Assembly: GCA_964016885.1 (NCBI GenBank)
Contig: OZ024762.1
Location: forward strand, 23,808,001-23,872,000
DNA length: 64,000 nt
Source of the DNA: Eledone cirrhosa
Taxonomy: Eukaryota
Direction of reading: 5' to 3'
Notes under the pieces: generated by a model
Told to the model about the DNA's origin: nothing
Databases searched by the model: none
What the model saw: the letters and a program-made list of their open reading frames with translations, nothing else
Position numbers and translations under genes: made by a program
Shown here: piece by piece, positions 54,270 through 64,000 of the stretch
How the letters are laid out: each line of letters starts with the position of its first letter
Numbering within the stretch: the first letter of the stretch is position 1

Positions 54270-55350
54270 AATCCATAGCTGGATGCACTTTCTAACGCCT
54301 ACCACATTTAGAGTGTGTGCTAGGTGCTTTTTGTCATCACACCTACACAACCACTTTACAGGGTGGGCTAGGTACTTTTTGTCATCACACCTACATGACC
54401 ACTTTACAGGGTGGGCTAGGTACTTTTTGTCATCATACCTACATGACCACTTTACAGGGTGGGCTAGGTACTTTTTGTCATCATACCTACATGACCACTT
54501 TACAGGGTGGGCTAGGTACTTTTTGTCATCACACCTACATGACCACTTTACAGGTTGGGCTAGGTACTTTTTGTCATCATACCTACATGACCACTTTACA
54601 GGGTGGGCTAGGTACTTTTTGTCATCACACCTACATGACCACTTTACAGGTTGGGCTAGGTGCTTTTTGTTATCACACCTACACAACCACTTTACAGGGT
54701 GGGCTAGGTACTTTTTGTCATCATACCTACACAACCACTTTACAAGGTGTGCTAGGTACTTTTTGTCATCACACCTACACAACCACTTTACAGGGTGTGC
54801 TAGGTATTTTTTGTCATCACACCTACATGACCACTTTACAGGTTGGGCTAGGTGCTTTTTGTCATCACACCTACACAACCACTTTACAGAGTGTGCTAGG
54901 TGCTTTTTGTCATCACACCTACATGACCACTTTACAGGTGGGCTAGGTACTTTTTGTCATCACACCTACATGACCACTTTACAGGTGTGCTAGGTACTTT
55001 TTGTCATCACACCTTCACAACCACTTTACAGGTGTGCTAGGTACTTTTTGTCATCACACCTTCACAACCACTTTACAGGGTGTGCTAGGTACTTTTTGTC
55101 ATCACACCTACACAACCACTTTACAGGTGTGCTAGGTACTTTTTGTCATCACACCTTCACAACCACTTTACAGGGTGTGCTAGGTACTTTTTGTCATCAC
55201 ACCTTCACAACCACTTTACAGGTGTGCTAGGTACTTTTTGTCATCACACCTACACAACCACTTTACAGGTGTGCTCGGTACTTTTTGTCATGACCACTTT
55301 GTAGTGTGGGCTGGATGCTTTTTGTGATACCATCATAACTTTACAGTGCA
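54270..55350 (-). repeat. 47-48-bp minisatellite (about 20 units) inside a SINE body
   Basis: Unit gggctaggtactttttgtcatcacacctacatgaccactttacagggt, preceded by agctggatgcactttctaacgcctaccacattta. Confidence 0.93.
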
Positions 55351-55814
55351 AGGGTGGTGTAGACAGGGGTGGAAGAGTGTATGGTGGTTAACAGGTGTCT
55401 ACAAGATGTGTGTTTCAGTCCATATACATTATATATGGCCTCAGCTGGATGGCTGGAACAGGTAAAGGCGTATATACACACACTCATTATCTATCTATCT
55501 ATATCTCTTTCTCTCTCTATATATATATAATGTATGTATACATATTGAATAATTGTACAGTACTGGGGGTCGATATGATCAATTAAATAACTTCAAAGCG
55601 GTGCCCCAGCATGACCTCAGGCTACTGACTATATGCAGTAAATGAATCAAAAAAATATATGTCATACCACATCCTTCATTCCTGTGTTGTTTCTCTACCA
55701 TCAAGTTGACAAACTACCCCCTGGTGTCTTCTTCTTCAAGTGTTACATGTTAGTCATAAAGGTTTCATTGGAAAATACCAAGTTGCTATGTTGGCCTTAA
55801 TAATAATAATAATA

Positions 55815-56006
55815 ATAATTGTTTCTACTTTTGGCACAAGGCCAGCAATTATCCCAGTGTATTACTGGTACTTTATTTTATTGACCCCGTAAGGATGCAA
55901 GGCAAAGTTAACCTCGGCGGGATTTGAACTCAGACCATAAGGGGTTGTAACTCTGTGCTGTAAAGCATGGCATCCATATCTGCTGATACTGCCATTCCCC
56001 CGCCCT
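55815..56006 (-). mobile_element. Nin-like SINE flanked by (TAA)n
   Basis: Same family as 44888-47660. Confidence 0.88.
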
Positions 56007-56157
56007 AATAATAATAATAATGATTTCATTTATTGGCCACAAGGGCTGACATGTAGGGGGACAATACAAAGACAAGGACAGTGAGGTGTTACAATAAGCT
56101 CAGACCAATAGCAAGACCAATTTAACAATGAAAATATAAAATAAACTATGCATAAAT

Positions 56158-56335
56158 ATCATCATCATCATTTTACGTCCGCTTCTCCCTGTTTGCAAGG
56201 GTTGGACGGGTCCTATTCAGCACAGCATCTCTCCACTTGTCATGGTCCTTCATCATCTCCTCGGTGAGTTTCAGCGATCTGAGGTCTGCTCTCACCACCA
56301 CTACCCATGTTTTTCGTGGTCTACCTCTACTGCAT
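56158..56335 (-). mobile_element. RTE 3' terminal fragment
   Basis: Colinear with 42569-42745. Confidence 0.85.
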
Positions 56336-56634
56336 CTTAATACCCCACCAATCCTGAACCACCCTGCACTTTTTCCAAAAATGCCCTATAAATGCTGTAT
56401 GTCGATATGGCACCCCTACGACTCCCTCCGGAATTACGGGTCCGTACATACAAATATAATGCAACCCCAATTGGCTTCCATAGTTTGCATCAACCAAGTT
56501 TCACTTAACCTCTTGACTGCTGCGTATATTTTACACAGCTGCAGTTGCTTTGCTGGGGGTTTTTTTTTTCTCTATCCCTCTCTCGAAGAAATCTGCTGTA
56601 TTCTAACTTGGAGAGGAAATGGGCTCCATCAGGT

Positions 56635-56847
56635 TTAATCCTTTAGCATTTAAACCAGCCATATCCGGCCAGAATTTCCTCACCTCTTTCTGCTCAAACT
56701 GGCTGTAACTGGCTGCTCATACTGATGTTAAGGTATTGTTCCAAAATCTCATAGATTCGATATTATGTGAAATAATTATGTGAGGTAATGCTTTTACCAT
56801 AGAAATACAATAGTAAATATAGATTAATGTAAATGCTAAAGGGTTAA
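56635..56847 (+). mobile_element. piggyBac-type MITE (unexpanded parent of the 72-bp satellite)
   Basis: TTAA|TCCTTTAGCATTTAAA...GTAAATGCTAAAGGG|TTAA. Confidence 0.9.
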
Positions 56848-57019
56848 AATCCCCTAGAAATGTGTGTCAATACAGAACCCCTATGAGTTCCTCAGGAGTT
56901 ACACCCTTCGGTCATAAATGACCATGGGTTCACCACCTTGAAAGTTCTCTTCTGAGGAGGCTCAAGCCCAGCTGAGGTGTTTTTGTGGAAGACAGACATT
57001 AAAAAGAGGGGTTGATTTC

Positions 57020-58520
57020 TTCTTCTTCACCCACTTATTCCTGAAAGGGTTGTGGAGGCAGAGCCCTCAAACACTCCCTCCAGCAGGTTGTGTTAGAAGC
57101 AACCATCTGCAACTGATCTGGCTGGATCCCCAAGCATGACCAGCCAAACTCATGGATGTTATCCTTGGGTCTCCTGCCAGTTGGTTCTGCCCGTAAAATC
57201 TGTCCAGCCATTCTTTCCTGAGACATTCTAACCACGTCCATAGTATCAGAGCTGTGATCTCTCAATTCAGAGAAGTAGCAGCTCTACCTGGAGTGACTCT
57301 CCAGCCATTCTTTCCTGAGACATTCTAACCACATGTCCATAGTATCAGAGCTGTGATCTCTCAGTTCAGAGAAGTAGCAGCCCTACCTGGAGTGACTCTC
57401 CAGTGATTCTTTCCTGAGACATTCTAACCACATGTCCATAGTATCAGAGCTGTGATCTCTCAATTCAGAGAAGTAGCAGCTCTACCTGGAGTGACTCTCC
57501 AGTGATTCTTTCCTGAGACATTCTAACCACATGTCCATAGTATCAGAGCTGTGATCTCTCAATTCAGAGAAGTAGCAGCTCTACCTGGAGTGACTCTCTA
57601 GTGATTCTTTCCTGAGACATTCTAACCACATGTCCATAGTATCAGACCTGTGATCTCTCAATTCAGAGAAGTAGCAGCTCTACCTGGAGTGACTCTCTAG
57701 TGATTCTTTCCTGAGACATTCTAACCACATGTCCATAGTATCAGAGCTGTGATCTCTCAATTCAGAGAAGTAGCAGCTCTACCTGGAGTGACTCTCTAGT
57801 GATTCTTTCCTGAGACATTCTAACCACATGTCCATAGTATCAGAGCTGTGATCTCTCAATTCAGAGAAGTAGCAGCTCTACCTGGAGTGACTCTCTAGTG
57901 ATTCTTTCCTGAGACATTCTAACCACATGTCCATAGTATCAGACCTGTGATCTCTCAATTCAGAGAAGTAGCAGCTCTACCTGGAGTGACTCTCTAGTGA
58001 TTCTTTCCTGAGACATTCTAACCACATGTCCATAGTATCAGAGCTGTGATCTCTCAATTCAGAGAAGTAGCAGCTCTACCTGGAGTGACTCTCTAGTGAT
58101 TCTTTCCTGAGACATTCTAACCACATGCCCATAGTATCAGAGCTGTGATCCCTCAATTCAGAGAAGTAGCAGTTCTACCTGGTGTGACTCTCTGATCTCA
58201 GAGCTACAAATCTGTCCAGCAATTCTTTCCTGAGACATTCTAACCACATGTCCATAGTATCAGAGCTGTGATCTCTCAATTCAGAGAAGTAGCAGCTCTA
58301 CCTGGAATGACTCTCTAATCTCTGAGTTACACATTTTATCGACTAACGTTATTCCAAAGACCCTTCAGAGGAATCCCATTCCGGCCACTTATATTCTCGA
58401 TCGTATTCTTTCGCTCATTGCCCAAGATTCATGACAATAGGTAAGGGCTGGCACGAATACTGAATTGAAGATAACGAGTTTGGCTTTAATACCTACCTCT
58501 TTTCTTCTGATTACTGAATG
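57020..58520 (-). mobile_element. Decayed RTE (second family) fragment split by a 99-bp array
   Basis: Minus strand reads ERIRSRI*VAGMGFL*RVFGITLVDKMCNSEIRES...YYGHVVRMSQERMAGQILRAEPTGRRP. Confidence 0.8.
57205..58320. repeat. 99-bp satellite, about 11 units
   Basis: ttctttcctgagacattctaacc at 57211, 57308, 57407 and onward. Confidence 0.95.
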
Positions 58521-58744
58521 CTGAATAAGGGTTGATATGACTTACTAAATCAAGGCAGTGCTCCAGCATGGTCGCAGTTTAATGACTGAAACCGGTGAAA
58601 GAGAAATAAAATAAAAGTAGATTTTCAAATGTCGCCGTGAAGATAAGCAAAGGTGTGTATGGTGGGTGGGGAGAGATGTGTGTGTGTGTGTGCCAGGGGG
58701 GGAGGGTGATAGACTGAGGGTGGTGTGAGGGAATTGTAAAACAT

Positions 58745-59432
58745 AGTGTTGGTGAAGTTGGTGTTGATAGTGTTGGTGTTGGTGATTGTGGTGGTGTTGG
58801 TGCAACAGTGGGTAGTGTTAGTGGTGGTGATGGAGGTAGTGTTGGTGTTGGTGATTGTGGTGGTGGGGAAGGTGATGTTGATGTCACTGTGTGTGTGGGG
58901 GGGGGGGGGGTTATAGTGTAGGAGGTTGTGTTGGTGTTGGTGGTGGTGAGGTTACTGTGATGGTGTTGAAGGTGGTGTTGGTGTTGCAGTTGGTGTGATG
59001 GTGGAGGTGGTGAGGTTGCTGTGATTGTGTTGAAGGTGATGTTGGTGGAAGTGTTTGTGGTGGTTTTGATGGTGGAGGTGATGGTGTTGAAGGTGGTGAA
59101 GGTGGTGGTGGTGTTTGTGGTGTTTTGGTGTTGAAGGTGGTGGAGGTGTTTGTGGTGTTGAAGGTGATGTAGGTGAAAGTGGTGATGGTGTTGGTGTTGA
59201 AGATGTGTTGGTGTTGGTGGTGTTGAGGTTACTGTGATGGTGTTGGTGGTGGTGTTTGTGGTGGTGTTTGTGGTGGTGTTGGTGTTGGCTTAGTGATATA
59301 GGTGGTGGAGGTGGAGGTGTTGGTGATGTAGGTGAAGGTGGTGTTTGTGGTGGTGTTGAAGGTGGTGTTGGTGGTGTTGGTGTTTGTGGTGGTGTTGAAG
59401 GTGGTGTTGGTGGTGTTTGTGTTTGTGGTGGC
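58745..59432. repeat. GGT/GTT-rich trinucleotide tract
   Basis: Direct. Confidence 0.9.
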
Positions 59433-59758
59433 AAGTTGAAACACTCTACCATACACTAAACCATCTCCAACACTTAGGAAATGATGTTTTTACAGCAGAC
59501 TTGGCATTTACCATTATTGAAATGTCATGTTGTTTTAGAGGAGGAGATATTTGACGAGGGGGGGGGGGGGGAGACAGCAGGGGGGGAAGGAGAGCAGAGG
59601 AGGGTTCTTTTTTAGACAATATTTAGTATTACACAACAGCATAGGGTGGTGTATATATATGTCTTATCTATCTATATATACACATATATATATATATATG
59701 GATGTGTGTTGTATGTATATGTGTGTGTTTCTATATGTATGTATGCCTGTATGTGTAT

Positions 59759-59821
<63 letters not shown>

Positions 59822-59825
<4 letters not shown>

Positions 59826-59890
59826 GTCATCAAGTATGAAATTTGTAGAAATTTGTTTTTTTCTACAAATTTCATAGTTGACGACCCCAA
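59822..59890. mobile_element. Tiny fold-back mariner-like MITE (two ~30-bp TIRs, 8-bp spacer) in (TA)n
   Basis: ttgggtcatcaagtatgaaatttgtagaaa / tttctacaaatttcatagttgacgacccc. Confidence 0.7.
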
Positions 59891-60159
59891 ATATATATAT
59901 GCGTGTGTCTGTGTGTATATGTGTATACTTCTGTGTGTGTGTTTGCACATGTATTTTTGTGTGTGACTTTATTTCTGTGTGTCGTAAAGATAGATAGATA
60001 TATAGATAGATAGATAGGTTGGTAGATAAATACAAAGATAGATAGAGGGATCAAGATATATAGATATATATATATAGTAGATAGATAGGTAGATACATAA
60101 AAAGATAGAAAGATAGAAAGATATATATATATAGATAGATAGAGGTGTAGATACGGAAT

Positions 60160-61420
60160 GAAATTCTAAAGTTAATGTGGTTTGTTAATTCAAATGTTTA
60201 TAGTACCTTTACTACATGACAGATTGTGAAAATTTGCAGTAGTAAAGACTTTATCTAACATTCAATGTGATGCAGTCATAGCACTGTTTTGTACTTTTCA
60301 AGAATGTCTTGTTAATGTGGCTTCGTTTAGTTTATAAAATTAGAAATTTTTTCAATATACTGCCGCATATACATACATTTATAGGTATGAGTATATAAAT
60401 ATAAACATGCAGACATAGACACACTTACAAAAATATACACTCACAAACACATTTACAAAAATACACACTCACAAACACATTTACAAAAATATACACTCAC
60501 AAACTCACTCACAAACACATTTACAAAAATACACACTCACAAACACATTTACAAAAATACACACTCACAAACTCACTCTCAAACACATTTACAAAAATAC
60601 ACACTCACAAACTCACTCACAAACACATTTACAAAAATACACACTGACAAACACATTTACAAAAATACACACTCACAAACTCACTCACAAAAATATACAC
60701 TCGCAAACATATTTACAAAAATACACACATACATTCACACAAACACACACATGCATTCACACAAACACACACCCATACATTTACACACACACATACATTC
60801 ACACAAACATACACACACATACATTTACACAAACACACACATACACTCACACATAGCGTAGCAAATGGAACACCAACCGCTGTTTTGCTATAATTTTTTC
60901 ACCATCCCCTTCCTTCTATTTACACACACATACATTCACACAAACACAGACATTGTGTGACAAATGGACAGTAGTCACTCAGATTTATATCTAGATTCAA
61001 AAGTTTACAGTATCTTTGCTAGTGGACAGATTTTTGTGAAAATGTACAGCATTACTAGTATGAGTTATGACTAAATTTTAATAGATCATTGTGAAAATTT
61101 GAAGTTAACTAAAGTCAAGACTTTAATATTTAATGTGATGCAGTCAAAATACTGTTTGTACTTTTTTAAAATGTCTTGCTAATGTGGTTTTAGGTGGCTT
61201 GTTAATTTAAATGTTTGCAATTTCTTTACTAGTGGACAGATTTTTGAGAATTTGCCATAAATTAAAGTAAAGACTTTAATTTTTAATGTGATGCAGTCAT
61301 AGTTCTTTACTTTCGGATAATTTGATATATCTTTTTAATGTTGTTTCATAAGCTTGGTTAATTCAAATGTTTATAGAATCTTTATAAGTAGACAGATTGT
61401 GTGAAGATTATAAATATTTA
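60160..61420. repeat. Old diverged ~180-200-bp tandem units interrupted by an acaaacacatttacaaaaatacacactc minisatellite
   Basis: Recurring gacagatt...aagacttta...aatgtgatgcagtca...aatgtcttg motifs at about 60220, 61025, 61235 and 61390. Confidence 0.6.
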
Positions 61421-61802
61421 ATGGGGTGCTGTCATACTTGAAGGTGCATGGTTTAGTGGTGAGAGCGTCTGGCTTACTGAGTTTGATTCTCAGACCGTGC
61501 TTTGTGTTCTTCAGCAAGACACTTTATTTCATGTTGCTCCAATTCACTCAGCTGTACAAATGAATTGTGACGTCACTTGGACAACATCATAGATAGTATA
61601 TATATAGAGTGTATATATATATATATATATATATATAGAGTATATATATATATATATATAGTGTATATATAATATATAGAGAGTATAGAATGTATACTCT
61701 ATACTCTTAAGAAGATCTCGTTAAGGGTGAAAGCAGTGATTCTTTGCTTAAACTGATCTTATAATAAATATTTGCTTTACGGTTATATATATATATATAT
61801 AC

Positions 61803-62131
61803 ATCATCATCATCATCATCATTTTACGTCCGCTGATTCATTTTACGGGAGCTGATTCTGGCTTGATTTTTACAGCTGGATGCTCTTCCTAACACCAACC
61901 GCATTTACAGTGTGTGCTGGGTGCTTTTTTGCTGTGGCACCTCCACGACCACTTTGCAGTGGAATGATAGGGACCCCAGTCCTATCATCTCATTTCTACA
62001 GCTGAGTAAACTGGAGCAATGTGAAATAAAGTGTCTTGCTCAAGGAAACAACACATCACCCGGTCTGAGAATTGAACTCACAACCTTTCGATTGCAAGGC
62101 CAATGGTCTAACCACTAAGCCATGTGCCTCC
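61803..62131 (-). mobile_element. Full-length CORE-like SINE
   Basis: Same as 8155-8495. Confidence 0.92.
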
Positions 62132-62162
<31 letters not shown>

Positions 62163-62227
62163 ATCCATATATATATATATAATCCTTATTGAGCCCTCTT
62201 CGTATATTAGTTTCACATTTATTATTA

Positions 62228-62268
<41 letters not shown>

Positions 62269-62497
62269 CGTACGTTATTCCTGGTTGAATCGGAGGTAAC
62301 CACAGTAAGTAATGAAACAGTTCTAGTCCTGTAGAATCTCATCTATATTAAAACTATATATATATATATATATGTTAATATATGTATATATATATATATG
62401 TATATATATGTATATGTATATATATATACATATATATATGTATATGTATATATATATAAGAATTATAAGAATCAAAGAACTGTTCAAAACATTTTTA

Positions 62498-62544
62498 TGC
62501 TTACAACTGTTTCCTCCAAACCGAGGTTTGGATTCTTCGGAGCA
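62498..62544 (-). ncRNA. Variant minimal hammerhead ribozyme-like motif
   Basis: Identical to 15148-15194. Confidence 0.5.
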
Positions 62545-62880
62545 ATTTACAATCATATAAAGAATTCGTCACCAGATCAACCAACCTAACACTCTTGATT
62601 ACCTACTTAAGTGCTTCTACTACACGTAACTCTCTGCCACACTATATAAACAAGACGCACGTGCTTGCCACACACATAACCTTTGCACTATATAACCGCT
62701 TATTTTCTTGTTGTATTTTAACCTGTATTTTTTATTGTATCTTTTAATATGAATGTAATCTCTAAGTGTGTACTACCACTCTAAATGCTGTAATGAATGT
62801 TGACCCACAATATTTGCATATGTATCTGTATGTCTCTTGGGTGAAAAGGAGGTCATATAAGTGTTCATTCAATAATAAAT

Positions 62881-62927
62881 TGCTCCGAAGAATCCAAACA
62901 TCGGTTTGGAGGAAACAGTTGTAAGCA
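62881..62927 (+). ncRNA. Variant minimal hammerhead ribozyme-like motif
   Basis: UGCU CCGAAGA A UCCAAAC AUCG GUUUGGA G GAAA CAGUUG UA AGCA. Confidence 0.5.
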
Positions 62928-63169
62928 TAAAAATGTTTTGAACAGTTCTTTGATTCTTATAATTCATATAACTGCTCTGTAAATCATCTGATGTTATTAC
63001 ATTGAGCTATTTAACTTACTGGTAATAAGGTAGTAATATATTACTGCCTATCACTATTTAGGGTTTGTATAAAAATATATATAACTGCAAAAGGTTTTTA
63101 TATTTACATAACCATAAATAGTATAATTAATACTATATATATATATATATGTCTATATATATGTATGTC

Positions 63170-63252
<83 letters not shown>

Positions 63253-63423
63253 GTGTGTGTGTATATATATAAATGTATGTATGTATATGTGTGTGTGTAT
63301 ATATATATATATGTATGTATGTATATGTGTGTGTATATATATATATGTGTGTGTATATATATATATGTATGTATGTATGTGTGTATATATATATATGTAT
63401 GTATGTATGTATGTGTGTATATA

Positions 63424-63459
<36 letters not shown>

Positions 63460-63499
63460 TATATGTGTTCGTGTATATATATATATATGTATGTATGTA

Positions 63500-63542
<43 letters not shown>

Positions 63543-63544
<2 letters not shown>

Positions 63545-64000
63545 CGAAGGATATGTCAGGTCACCAGTTGGTGCTACTGGTAACATGTATCCCAGTACAA
63601 CCTGTCTCATGGTCGGGTCGTTGGCGACTAAACTGGCAACCCCACCAAGTTTTCTTGGTGAGGGGTGTGACTTTCGACATCCTGCAGGACTAAAAACAAA
63701 ACCTGTCAAAGGGCAAAGGAGCTCTTAAGAGTCGATGGCCATCCAAAATCACCGGGAGAGATGACCCATTAGCCTTTGTCAAGGCAGAATTCTAGGAGAA
63801 GGAAAACTCTGATATAACACCTGCAACCCTGATGGTATCCAATGATGTTGACTTGTTCTTCTTTTTGGTAAATATCATCTTGGTTAAGAGAGTGGGACTG
63901 GCTTTGTGCAGTGCCTTTGCTCACTATAAAAGCTTCACGGCACAGGCATTGCTTTATATCTGGAGATCTCTCTGCACTTGTTGTCACATGGTACCATGGG
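63543..64000 (+). mobile_element. 5' part of the bipartite RTE derivative (runs off the window)
   Basis: 63757-64000 is near-identical to 15595-15838, with about 210 bp of extra 5' sequence. Confidence 0.65.

Larger units (their letters stand above)
62460..63135. mobile_element. Penelope-like terminal-repeat fragment with 90-bp inverted arms
   Basis: Arms at 62460-62549 and 62876-62965, each with a hammerhead-like motif. Flanked by (TA)n. Confidence 0.65.

Noticed and set aside
54075-54993. Cys/His-periodic ORFs resembling zinc-finger repeats
   Set aside because: A 48-bp SINE-derived minisatellite that loses phase where units become 47 bp.

Overview
Eukaryotic (metazoan), AT-rich window made almost entirely of repeats. 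The microsatellite load and the SINE/LINE families point to a cephalopod, probably Octopus (inference). No host protein-coding gene can be supported. Nearly all long ORFs in the track are artefacts of microsatellites or tandem arrays. The recognisable coding remnants all come from transposons: a Tx1/L1-type ORF1 with a CCHC knuckle, several RTE LINE C-terminal fragments, an R4/Dong-type C-terminus and a Tc1/mariner C-terminus. Main observations: (1) at least six independent minisatellite/satellite arrays (72, 80, 31, 56, 48 and 99 bp units) each arose inside a transposon fragment, and several have their unexpanded parent sequence elsewhere in the window; (2) a 2-kb ORF1-only (half-L1-like) Tx1 element is nested in a satellite that is itself inside a piggyBac-type MITE; (3) a Penelope-like inverted-repeat cassette carrying variant minimal hammerhead-ribozyme motifs occurs twice about 47 kb apart, with its internal segment in opposite orientations; (4) a 574-bp element has 93-bp direct terminal repeats and no obvious class. 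All family assignments are by motif recognition from memory, not database searches.
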